This document shows, piece by piece, positions 46,669 to 55,803 of a DNA stretch of 64,000 nt. The DNA is from a virus. Below the pieces are notes generated by a model that was not told the origin of the DNA, ran no database searches, and worked only from the letters and a program-made list of their open reading frames with translations. Location: positions 32,001-96,000 of the IMG/VR virus record IMGVR_UViG_3300032284_002843; one strand, given 5' to 3'. Within the stretch, counting starts at the first letter, position 1. Every line of letters begins with the position of its first letter. A program made the translations under genes and the position numbers.

Positions 46669-47109
46669 ATGCAGGTTGATTTGTTAAAGTATCAAGAGTT
46701 TGTAGAAGCTGTAACCAGCAAAGAAAGTAATAATCTAACAGCATTATCTGATAGAATGTTACAACTGCATCATAACTTAGTGCAAGGTAAGGATGGAAAC
46801 CTTGAAAATGGCCCAAAAATAAATGTACCATTGCTTCTAACGGCTGGATTAGGATTAGGTAGTGAAGGCGGCGAATTCCAAGAAATCATAAAGAAAGTAT
46901 TTTTCCAAGGCAAGCCATTAAACGAAGAAAACGTTTTTCATATGAAGCGCGAGCTCGGTGATATAATTTTTTATTGGATAAATGCATGCCGTGCATTAAA
47001 TCTTGATCCAAATGATGTTATTCAGGAAAATGTTACTAAACTATCGGCTAGATATCCAAAAGGTTTCAGCGTTGACCGCTCAGAAAACAGAGAAAAGGGC
47101 GATATCTAA
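46669..47109 (+). CDS. mazG: MazG-like NTP pyrophosphohydrolase
   Basis: GL.SEGGEF.EIIKK, RELGD, N..KL..RYP. Confidence 0.9.
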   Translation: MQVDLLKYQEFVEAVTSKESNNLTALSDRMLQLHHNLVQGKDGNLENGPKINVPLLLTAGLGLGSEGGEFQEIIKKVFFQGKPLNEENVFHMKRELGDIIFYWINACRALNLDPNDVIQENVTKLSARYPKGFSVDRSENREKGDI

Positions 47110-47118
47110 TCTAAAATA

Positions 47119-47153
47119 TCTCCCTGTTCAACTATAAATAATGAACAGGGAGA
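47119..47153 (+). promoter_or_regulatory. TATAAATA late promoter in the loop of a 12-bp RBS-sequestering hairpin
   Basis: TCTCCCTGTTCA-actataaataa-TGAACAGGGAGA. Confidence 0.85.
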
Positions 47154-47159
47154 ATTTAT

Positions 47160-48078
47160 ATGGCTAAAAAATTAACCACCGAACAATTTTTGGAAAGAAT
47201 AAAGGTACGATTTCCAGATATGTTCAATGAAAACGATTATAACGAAACCGTCTATGTAAACATAGCAACTAAAGTTTCAGTTAGATGCAAAAAACATGGT
47301 TTATTCCAAGTATGGCCCGGCGATCATATGAGTGGGATGTTTGGATGTAAAATATGTATTCAAAATAAAAGAAAAGAAACCAATATTAAAAAAATATGGC
47401 GTTGATAATATCTTTAAACGAACCGATATTATTAGAAATTCTATGATAAACAAACATGGTGTACCAAATCCTGGATTATTAAACGATCATGTTGATAAAA
47501 TCAAAAAGACTAATTTAGAAAAATACGGCACTATATGGGTGGCTCAAACAGAAGAAGCAAAAGCTGCAAGACGAGAAACAAATTTGAAAAAATATGGGTA
47601 TGAAGTTCCTACTAAAAATAAATTAATCTCTGCTAAAATTATACAAACAAAAATAGCAAACGGCGGCTTTACTAAATCTAATAGTAGTATGGAAGCAACT
47701 AACTTCATTAAATCGTATATACATAACAAAAAATACGATAATGATCAATGTGCATATGCCAACGAAGAGTTGGGCTTACATGAATGGGGAATTTATAAAA
47801 ACGGACGATGGGTTCTTTTTGATCTTGTTGTTTTTCAAAAAGGATATCGAGGAGACAAAGATAAAATAATTGAAATATTAGAATATCACGGACCGTTTCA
47901 TTACACATTAGAAGAGGCTAATGAATTTGGGGATAAAAAAGCATTTCCTTGGAAAACAAATAAGACAACAATAAAAGAAAGCTACCTACGCGATTTAGAA
48001 AAAGAAAAAATTGCTCAATCTCTTACAAATAATTATACGGTAATAAGAACCCGACACGGGAATATAAAAATTTCATAG
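47160..48078 (+). mobile_element. Homing-endonuclease-like gene (Zn ribbon, TNLxKYG repeats, PD-(D/E)xK-like C-domain) split by a +1 frameshift at about 47388-47394
   Basis: CKKHG..GCKIC, three TN..KYG repeats (the first spans the A7 run), FD...ILEYHG..H. Confidence 0.7.
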
Positions 48079-48134
48079 TGCCTCTTGATTTTTTGAAAAA
48101 TATTTTTATATTATTCAAAAAAAAAGGAGGTACT

Positions 48135-48299
48135 ATGAATATTATTATAGATAAAACTCCTGAACAGTTACAGGAGACTTATCGTCGTATGTTAACAACA
48201 CTTGAATATGGTGGATCAGTCAATCCTAAAATTTTACATGAGATTGAGCTGCGCTTAAAAGAAACCGAACCGTTAAAACAACCTACGTTAAATAGTTGA
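48135..48299 (+). CDS. Hypothetical protein
   Basis: AGGAGG RBS before ATG 48135. Confidence 0.65.
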   Translation: MNIIIDKTPEQLQETYRRMLTTLEYGGSVNPKILHEIELRLKETEPLKQPTLNS

Positions 48300-49021
48300 T
48301 GGTAGCAAATAATTTTATTACTTTTTATAAAAACGGTGAAGAGACTATTAAACCAAAGATCCAACATTTGTTAGATATATTTGATAGGGTCAAAGAAAGT
48401 CCTATGACAAAAACATGCGAAGCGATGGATAGACACGGGTCTAATAAAAACCATCGCCAGCATGTAATATACACACCATTTTATGATGCATTATTTGCAA
48501 ACTTAAACCCATCTGGGGTTTTAGAGTTTGGTATAGGAAGTCAAGATCCAACTATCGCATTTAGTATGAACGGACAAGCGTGTATTCCTGGTGGTAGTTT
48601 ACGAGCATGGAAAGAATTATTCCCCAATGCAGAAATATTTGGTGCAGATATTGATAAAAATTGTTTGTTTAAAGAAGACAGAATATCAACATATTACGTT
48701 AATGCATTGGAATCAATTTCTACAGACCAGTTATGGGAATACATTACAACAGATCATCCAAATATTAATATACAACTAATCATAGACGATGCATATCATA
48801 GCTTAGATGCTAATTTAACATTACTCAATCATAGTATAGATCATTTGGCCAACAACGGATGGTATGTAATTGAAGATATTAACAGAGATAAACCTGCACA
48901 TATCAATGGAATTAAAGAATGGTTGCAAAATCATAATTATGATGCCGTAGTTTTAGATATTCCAAACAACACCAATACTAGCTGTTGCTGCATGGCTGTT
49001 ATACACAAAACAAACTGTTGA
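48299..49021 (+). CDS. Class I SAM-dependent (sugar O-) methyltransferase-like protein
   Basis: GSNK..H..Y, VLEFGIG, GGSLRAW..FP, GADID, IIDDA.H, YVIED. Confidence 0.8.
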   Translation: MVANNFITFYKNGEETIKPKIQHLLDIFDRVKESPMTKTCEAMDRHGSNKNHRQHVIYTPFYDALFANLNPSGVLEFGIGSQDPTIAFSMNGQACIPGGSLRAWKELFPNAEIFGADIDKNCLFKEDRISTYYVNALESISTDQLWEYITTDHPNINIQLIIDDAYHSLDANLTLLNHSIDHLANNGWYVIEDINRDKPAHINGIKEWLQNHNYDAVVLDIPNNTNTSCCCMAVIHKTNC

Positions 49022-49046
49022 CGCATGTTGTATTGCATGCTATAGT
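49018..49046 (+). promoter_or_regulatory. Sigma-70-type promoter, probably leaderless
   Basis: TTGACG-17-TATAGT, 5 nt before ATG 49052. Confidence 0.75.
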
Positions 49047-49051
49047 ACAGC

Positions 49052-49510
49052 ATGAATACATTTCCAGATACAATCATCTTCGACATAGACGGTACCCTGG
49101 CCAACTGTGAGCACAGAATCCATTGGGTTCGCAGCAAGCCAAAAAACTGGCCTGCCTTTAATAGAGCCATGAAAAACGATACTCCAAATTGGGATATTGT
49201 GTGGCTTTTAAGAGGCTTTTTTGCACAAGGTGTAAAAATCCTTATTGCTAGCGGTCGCAGCGAAGATGATCGTGCGGTCACTGAAACCTGGCTGAACGAA
49301 GTAGCTAAGGTTCAAGGCATGTATGAGAAGCTATACATGCGAGCTAGCAAGGATTACAGAAGTGACGACATTGTTAAGAGTGAAATTCTTGACCAAATGC
49401 GTGCCGATGGTTTTAACCCTACTATGGCTATAGACGACAGATCAACTGTTGTAAACATGTGGCGCAGTCGTGGACTACGCTGCCTGCAGGTTGCACCGGG
49501 CGACTTCTAA
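49052..49510 (+). CDS. Polynucleotide 3'-phosphatase (PseT C-terminal HAD domain)
   Basis: FDIDGTLA, SGR, LYMR...DYR.D..VK, IDDR..VV.MWR..GL.CLQVA.GDF. Confidence 0.9.
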   Translation: MNTFPDTIIFDIDGTLANCEHRIHWVRSKPKNWPAFNRAMKNDTPNWDIVWLLRGFFAQGVKILIASGRSEDDRAVTETWLNEVAKVQGMYEKLYMRASKDYRSDDIVKSEILDQMRADGFNPTMAIDDRSTVVNMWRSRGLRCLQVAPGDF

Positions 49511-50529
49511 TGGATCAGCTTATTCCTCAGCTTGATTATACTCAAACCGAGTATGAGTCTAAGCTGGCCAGTTTATTGAACTGGTTAGGGAATAAGCTTG
49601 ATTCGGCACAGCTTAAAGATGAGTTTTTGAAATACTGTAAAACTATTGACCGCCAAGAAGATGCCATTCTTGTTCCTGCAACCAAACTAGTATCAGTTGG
49701 AAAAATTGCATACTTGCTTAATCGAGGAGCAAAGTTAGAAGATAGAACTGTTAATAAGATTTTTGATTTATTAGAATCCATTACGATTACTAACAAAGGT
49801 GCAACCTCGTTTGATGACGTAGAAGAAACTGCACGTTCTAAATTTCTTTTTTCATATGTCACCTGTTACAGTCTTATTGATAATACCTGGTGGCAACTGC
49901 TGAAAAACAAAAGTGATTACAAAAGTCTGGCAGATGACACTAGAGCGGTAATAAGAAAGTATAGCAACGGAAAAACTGCTATTCTTTCACAACTCAAAAA
50001 TCATTATCTTAGTATCTTAGAAGATGCTAAAGAAGATAAAGCATTAAAATCTTGGATTAAACCTTTAAGTATTATCTGCGATACCATTGAGCTGATGGCT
50101 GTAACATCTCGCGGGAGAAGTAAAGGTAAAAAGAAAACATCCGGCATGGTAGATAAGAAAGCAGAAAAAGCAGCAACAAATCTCACATACAAAGCAGAAG
50201 ACCGCGAGCTTGGTGTCAGAAGCCTACAGCCAAATGCTGTGATTGGTGCCAAAGCTGTGGTTTTATACAATACTAAGAACAAGCATTGTGAACTATATCT
50301 CGCCGAAACTGATAAGACTATTAGCCTGAAAGGCAGCTATTTGCTTAACTGGGATACAGCTATCAGTTCTAGAAAAACTCTGCGTAAACCTCAAAGCGAG
50401 TTGATTAACTGGAGTCAGGCTGGTAATCTACGTAGATTACAAGTTCTATTAGACAATACCTCTGGACAGTCAAAACCTGTCAAAGGAAAGTTTAATCAAA
50501 ATATTGTAATTATAAAGGCTATACACTGA
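49510..50529 (+). CDS. Hypothetical protein
   Basis: S..P..VIGA...LYNTK...S..KTLRKP...G..N. Confidence 0.75.
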   Translation: MDQLIPQLDYTQTEYESKLASLLNWLGNKLDSAQLKDEFLKYCKTIDRQEDAILVPATKLVSVGKIAYLLNRGAKLEDRTVNKIFDLLESITITNKGATSFDDVEETARSKFLFSYVTCYSLIDNTWWQLLKNKSDYKSLADDTRAVIRKYSNGKTAILSQLKNHYLSILEDAKEDKALKSWIKPLSIICDTIELMAVTSRGRSKGKKKTSGMVDKKAEKAATNLTYKAEDRELGVRSLQPNAVIGAKAVVLYNTKNKHCELYLAETDKTISLKGSYLLNWDTAISSRKTLRKPQSELINWSQAGNLRRLQVLLDNTSGQSKPVKGKFNQNIVIIKAIH

Positions 50530-50864
50530 TGAAAAAACCAAAATATCAAAAATATGATTATAAACAACGTCAGCAAATTCAAAAGAAAGTCTGCATAACG
50601 CATGAAGATCGGTTTCTAGCTGATTTATTAAAAATGTGCAATAACAACCTGAATGCTTTTATTGAAACTGATACTTGGTATGATAACACCGACGTAAATC
50701 TGGTATGGTCTGAACCAGAGACAGATGAGCAAATGACAAAACGTATTACTGAATATGAAGCCATGTTAAAGCATAAAAAAAATAAGAAGGCTGAACAAAA
50801 GAAAGCCCAGTTAGAGTTTGAACATAAAGAATATATACGACTTAAAAAGAAGTTTGAAAAATGA
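50529..50864 (+). CDS. Hypothetical protein
   Basis: ETDEQ...R...EY.RLKKKF. Confidence 0.7.
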   Translation: MKKPKYQKYDYKQRQQIQKKVCITHEDRFLADLLKMCNNNLNAFIETDTWYDNTDVNLVWSEPETDEQMTKRITEYEAMLKHKKNKKAEQKKAQLEFEHKEYIRLKKKFEK

Positions 50865-51307
50865 GAGAACAGCAAGTTAAGGTAGGAGTTGGAGTTATTT
50901 GTCTAACACCAGATGGCGTTGTTTTATTACAACGACAGGGAAGCCATGGTGCAGGAGAATGGAGTTTTCCTGGCGGACATCTAGAATTTGGAGAAAGTGT
51001 ACTTGATTGCGCTGCACGAGAATGCGAAGAAGAAATTGGTGTAAAGCTATCGTCTTGTTACCATTTGTATTTTTTTACTGAAGATAGCTTTCCAGGCAAG
51101 CAATATATCACTATCTATGTAGTTGGCACTACTGAAGACAAAGCTAAAATTTGCGAACCACATAAAGCGTCTGCTATTATCTTTATTAACAACACTGATG
51201 CAGTTCCTGAACCTGCATTCAGTGGCGTTAAGAAAGCATGGGAGGTTTATAACCGCCTTCCAAACACAATAACAGATGACGAATGCAATAGACAAAATAA
51301 GACTTAA
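50861..51307 (+). CDS. Nudix hydrolase
   Basis: Nudix box GGHLEFGESVLDCAARECEEEIG. Confidence 0.92.
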   Translation: MREQQVKVGVGVICLTPDGVVLLQRQGSHGAGEWSFPGGHLEFGESVLDCAARECEEEIGVKLSSCYHLYFFTEDSFPGKQYITIYVVGTTEDKAKICEPHKASAIIFINNTDAVPEPAFSGVKKAWEVYNRLPNTITDDECNRQNKT

Positions 51308-51533
51308 TGTATCAGAACTAAAAGGTAACGAAGCTAAGGCGATAAATGAAAATCCCAGCCTAGCTGATCTATTCAAAAAAAGACAAGAACTTTTATATGA
51401 CATGAATCAAGCATGTCTTAAAGCCATGTCTAAGGCTAAAAAACCATTTCTAACTAAACTTGAAGAAATAGAAAAAGAATACGCTTTTTTACTTCAGTTT
51501 ACTGCTGACAACAAGGAAAATAATGTCACCTAA
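51276..51533 (+). CDS. Hypothetical protein
   Basis: Helical ORF in operon. Confidence 0.6.
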   Translation: MTNAIDKIRLNVSELKGNEAKAINENPSLADLFKKRQELLYDMNQACLKAMSKAKKPFLTKLEEIEKEYAFLLQFTADNKENNVT

Positions 51534-52656
51534 AATAACAATACCATCTGAGCATTATGTTGGAATGAGATCTCAGTATCAAGAAAGTCTTCCTCTAGCT
51601 TTCATAACACCAAACGGCAATGACAAAGCTGCATTAAAAAGAATACAGACCGTAGACAGTTGGTCTGGACGCAGCAAAGATGGATATGCGTCTGCTGTTA
51701 TAACTAATGAACCAATGCAGGGATTTAAACTTACCTGTAATATTCGCCGAGGTGGACGATATGGATCTGGAGATAAATGGCATATTGAAGACCCTAGAGG
51801 GTTCGTATTAGAAATTAACAGTACCAATCTAGCTTACCTATTAGAAAGCTGTGTAATTGAAAATGGTACAATATTGAATTCATGCGTATGGGCAAGACAG
51901 AGAGGTAATAATGTTCTGCTAGCTACTGATACAGATTTATATCAAAATGCTGTAACATTAACAAGCCTAGATGGTATATCTGTTAGCATGAAAGATGTAG
52001 AAAAAGGGTATGATGTAATTTTAAAGTCAGGAGTATCAGCAAAATATCTTGGAAAATATCATTTGCTAAAAAAGTCTTGGGGCGATAATGACTGGTTTGA
52101 TTTGCATTCACCTCAACATCTATTGCTAACAAATGATAATAAGCCAAAGTTATTATCTTATAGCAATCCAAAAATTAGCAAAATAGAAACAAAAAATGCA
52201 TTATCAGATAAAGACTCAGAGCAAATGGTTAATGATCATTTAGCAGCCGGTGGTCAAACTGACGGGTGGTATCCACTGTATGGTGTATTTTCTAAAAAAC
52301 CTATAAATTGGTCAATAAAATTAAAACCAGTTGATGACATTGATTATGCATTAGAATCATCTACACAACGAAGTCTTACATTAATAATTGAACTTAAAAA
52401 CCATGTATATGGTATTTTTAATCCTTATTACAGTAATCCAGACTATGTAATGGACACTGTAAACATAGATCTTATTGACCAAGGACAAATGTCATACAAA
52501 CTGATAAAAAAGAAAAGTATAAAAGGTTGGGACACTTCACAGATGTATATAGACAAAGATCAAAGACATTTTGATAGAAACGATATAATTAACGTGTATG
52601 AATGTTTTATTGAAGCAACGACCAGTTTAGATAATCAGGTATTAATAAAATTTTAA
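51523..52656 (+). CDS. Hypothetical protein
   Basis: DPRGF.LEI...NL...CVW motif. Confidence 0.75.
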   Translation: MSPKITIPSEHYVGMRSQYQESLPLAFITPNGNDKAALKRIQTVDSWSGRSKDGYASAVITNEPMQGFKLTCNIRRGGRYGSGDKWHIEDPRGFVLEINSTNLAYLLESCVIENGTILNSCVWARQRGNNVLLATDTDLYQNAVTLTSLDGISVSMKDVEKGYDVILKSGVSAKYLGKYHLLKKSWGDNDWFDLHSPQHLLLTNDNKPKLLSYSNPKISKIETKNALSDKDSEQMVNDHLAAGGQTDGWYPLYGVFSKKPINWSIKLKPVDDIDYALESSTQRSLTLIIELKNHVYGIFNPYYSNPDYVMDTVNIDLIDQGQMSYKLIKKKSIKGWDTSQMYIDKDQRHFDRNDIINVYECFIEATTSLDNQVLIKF

Positions 52657-53438
52657 TCAACTCTACCAACTAAAATTTTGCTGCCCGGTGGATTGGCAGA
52701 TTGCTGATCAAAATCTAATATACCGTCAGTATTTCTAACCAACATAAACTTCTTACTGGGTTCCAAAATAAGTTGTTCTGTAGTTCTTACTTCGATATCA
52801 TCGGTGGCATGCCTTAAAGTATTAATCTGTGGATTATCAGTGTACTGTTTGGCCATCAGGACCATCATTTCCTCTGGTGATTTAGCAACATCTGCAACAT
52901 AGGTACCTATTAGCAACCTTGCATCGCTGCTTACTCGTTTCATTCTATTCTCAATACTTTTACTATTTTTTTGATATCCAGCATGAGGTAATAAAATACC
53001 ATGATTAGTTCTTACAACTGTATCATTTTTTATTTCTTGTATTTTTTGTTGCTGTGTTCCAAATTCACCTTCTATAAGGTAACATACGTCTTTATCAAAA
53101 ACAAAAATACAACCGGTGGCATGAGCTTCTCTTAAAAAATGCACAGCATCTTCTACAGTAGGCATTGATAGAGCATCTCTTATCTTTCCACCGTTTCTGC
53201 TATCATGCATTTTTGCACGTTTTTCACCATAATCAGGTGTTAAACTACTGCTAATGATACTAACTCCGTTGGAATTCATCCCTTCACTCCAGTGAGTTCG
53301 TTCATCTAGCAATGCTACTCGCTGAATGCTATTTTTTTCAGTTCTTAATAATTCTGTTCTCGTGGCAAAAGGTCGGTCTCTATTTTTGATTCCAACCCAA
53401 CCTAAATTTGGAAATTTCTTAGCTATTATGGTACACAT
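52653..53438 (-). CDS. Ntn-hydrolase (N-terminal Cys) family protein
   Basis: M-C-T start, KNRD, EGMNSNG, RTNH. Confidence 0.75.
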   Translation of the reverse strand: MCTIIAKKFPNLGWVGIKNRDRPFATRTELLRTEKNSIQRVALLDERTHWSEGMNSNGVSIISSSLTPDYGEKRAKMHDSRNGGKIRDALSMPTVEDAVHFLREAHATGCIFVFDKDVCYLIEGEFGTQQQKIQEIKNDTVVRTNHGILLPHAGYQKNSKSIENRMKRVSSDARLLIGTYVADVAKSPEEMMVLMAKQYTDNPQINTLRHATDDIEVRTTEQLILEPSKKFMLVRNTDGILDFDQQSANPPGSKILVGRVD

Positions 53439-53496
53439 TTAAAAATATTTATCTTTTTGGCTAAATGTTGTAAATTTATTAAATAAAGGCGAATAC

Positions 53497-54444
53497 ATGC
53501 TAGAAAATTATAAAAAATTAGATCATTTAAACGAAACCAATAAAGAATGGTTTGTAGTAAACTGGTGTTTAGGTAATACTTGCAATTTTTCCTGCAGTTA
53601 TTGTCCAGAAAATTTACATAATGCATCAATTAAGTGGCCATCACTAGATACAATAAAAACATTTGTACATAATGTTGTAACCCAAACTAGCCCTCGTAAA
53701 GTATACTTTGAATTTACAGGAGGCGAAGTTACACTGTGTCCATACTTTCCAGAAATTGCGAAATATGTAACATCATTAGGTGCAAGAGTAGGTTTAATCA
53801 GCAACAGCAGTCGTACAGTTAGATGGTGGACTGAAAATAAACAATTTTTTGATCATGTTTGCTTGAGCTTTCATCCAGAACATGCTGATAAAGACCATTT
53901 TATTGAAATTGTTAAGTTATTGCATAATGATGTAAGAACACACGTTAACATTATGATGTTACCTGCAAAATTTGATTATTGTTTTGAAATAGCAAATATA
54001 ATAAAAGACTTTGGAAATCTCAGCATGGCCTTACAACCTCTAATCCATGATTTTGGCGACAAACTTTATGATTACACAGATGAGCAGAAAAAGATATTTG
54101 ATAACCAACATATGTTAATTACTAAAGACATAAAGTTTACCAAACAATTTGATTATTATCGCGGCGCAATGAAAATGGTATTTGATAATGGATTATCAAT
54201 ACCCAGCAGTGCTCATAGATTTATAAGCAACAAAACAAACAACTGGGCAGGATGGAAATGTTATGCAGGAGTCGAACAAATAATCGTTGATATGGACGGA
54301 TCCTGTTGGCGAGGCTGGTGCAAAGTTGGCGAATCATTTGGTCACATAAGTCATGCTAACATTACCATTCCAAAAGATCCTATTATATGCAACAAGACCA
54401 TGTGCCATTGCAATTTTGACATAATGTGCAGCAAAGAAAAATGA
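53497..54444 (+). CDS. Radical SAM protein with C-terminal Cys-rich domain
   Basis: CNFSCSYC, TGGE, C.AG, IIC....CHC..D. Confidence 0.9.
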   Translation: MLENYKKLDHLNETNKEWFVVNWCLGNTCNFSCSYCPENLHNASIKWPSLDTIKTFVHNVVTQTSPRKVYFEFTGGEVTLCPYFPEIAKYVTSLGARVGLISNSSRTVRWWTENKQFFDHVCLSFHPEHADKDHFIEIVKLLHNDVRTHVNIMMLPAKFDYCFEIANIIKDFGNLSMALQPLIHDFGDKLYDYTDEQKKIFDNQHMLITKDIKFTKQFDYYRGAMKMVFDNGLSIPSSAHRFISNKTNNWAGWKCYAGVEQIIVDMDGSCWRGWCKVGESFGHISHANITIPKDPIICNKTMCHCNFDIMCSKEK

Positions 54445-55772
54445 CTGATAAAAAAAACAAAAGCACAATTTGTCCACTGATGTGGAATCATATAATGATA
54501 CAACAGAATGGCGACCTAAGACAATGTTGTCAAATGATATATGCACCATATGGCAGATTTTTTGAAAATGAAAAACCATTAAAATGGTCATCAGAAAACG
54601 TAGACAAAGCTAGAAACTCTGAATGGGCCAAAACCACACGGCTACAAATGCTAAACGGAGAAAAACCATCTGCATGTCAGCTCTGTTGGTCTGAAGAAGA
54701 ATTAGGATTGAATAGTAAACGACAACATATGCTCCAAATATATGATGTCGATGAAATGATTGAAAATACCAAAAGCGACGGATCAATTGATTTAGATAAA
54801 ATCAAACTCACATATCTTGATTTAAGACTTGGTAATTTATGTAATCTCGCCTGTAGAAGCTGTAGTCCTACTGATAGTAGCTTGTGGTTAAATGATTTTG
54901 CAACACTTACTCAAGTGGATGATAAGACAAAGTTTAGTTACCTCGGCGGCAGCGAATATGATGTGATAAAAAAGAATGGTATTTGGAAAATTGATAGCAA
55001 TGACTTTGAATGGTTTTCAGAGCCTGAATTTGATATATGGATAGAAAATCAAATAAAAACCAATGTAGATAAAATCTATTTTACAGGTGGCGAACCAACC
55101 ATAAACAAGAAGCATATGCAAATTTTAGATAAAATAATAGAATCTGGGCGAGCACCAGAAATGTCCCTAGAATATAATAGTAATTTTGTTGCTATACCTA
55201 ACAGATTATTAGAACAATGGACGCATTTTAAGACAGTTTTTGTAGGAATAAGTGTAGATGCTATAGGACCACTAGCGACATATATACGATATCCCAGTGA
55301 TTGGAATGATATCGAACAGAATGTAAGCAAGGTAGCTTATAACCAAATTCCACAGCTACATGCCACTTTTGTTACAACTATTAGTATACTTAATATTAGG
55401 CATTTTTTATACCTTACAGAATGGTTGTTAGATACACAGTATCAAAACATAAACAAAATTCCATCATATCATATATTACACAATCCTATTAGTTATTGTT
55501 TACAGGTCCTACCTTTAGACATTAAAAATCAAATCAAAAAAGAATATGAAGATTTTTTCCAAAGAGCTAGGTGGAAATATGGTCCAGATGTAGGAGACCG
55601 TTTAACTGAATATTATGCGGCCATTATAAGCTACATGTTTGCGGAAGATAAATCCAAATTGCTAACCGCAACAAAAAAACAAACCCTAAAGCTAGATCTA
55701 ATACGCGGCCAATCATTAGCCAAATATTTGCCATGGTTGGATGACTGTCTAAACAATTTGCAAAACAGTTGA
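54441..55772 (+). CDS. Radical SAM protein with N-terminal twitch-like domain
   Basis: CPLMW..G..R.CC, C..C; CNLACRSC; FTGGEP; YIRYPS.W. Confidence 0.9.
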   Translation: MTDKKNKSTICPLMWNHIMIQQNGDLRQCCQMIYAPYGRFFENEKPLKWSSENVDKARNSEWAKTTRLQMLNGEKPSACQLCWSEEELGLNSKRQHMLQIYDVDEMIENTKSDGSIDLDKIKLTYLDLRLGNLCNLACRSCSPTDSSLWLNDFATLTQVDDKTKFSYLGGSEYDVIKKNGIWKIDSNDFEWFSEPEFDIWIENQIKTNVDKIYFTGGEPTINKKHMQILDKIIESGRAPEMSLEYNSNFVAIPNRLLEQWTHFKTVFVGISVDAIGPLATYIRYPSDWNDIEQNVSKVAYNQIPQLHATFVTTISILNIRHFLYLTEWLLDTQYQNINKIPSYHILHNPISYCLQVLPLDIKNQIKKEYEDFFQRARWKYGPDVGDRLTEYYAAIISYMFAEDKSKLLTATKKQTLKLDLIRGQSLAKYLPWLDDCLNNLQNS

Positions 55773-55797
55773 CAACAGATTAGTTTGGTTATATTAT
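55769..55797 (+). promoter_or_regulatory. Sigma-70-type promoter, probably leaderless
   Basis: TTGACA-17-TATTAT, 6 nt before ATG 55804. Confidence 0.75.
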
Positions 55798-55803
55798 ACC
55801 AAA

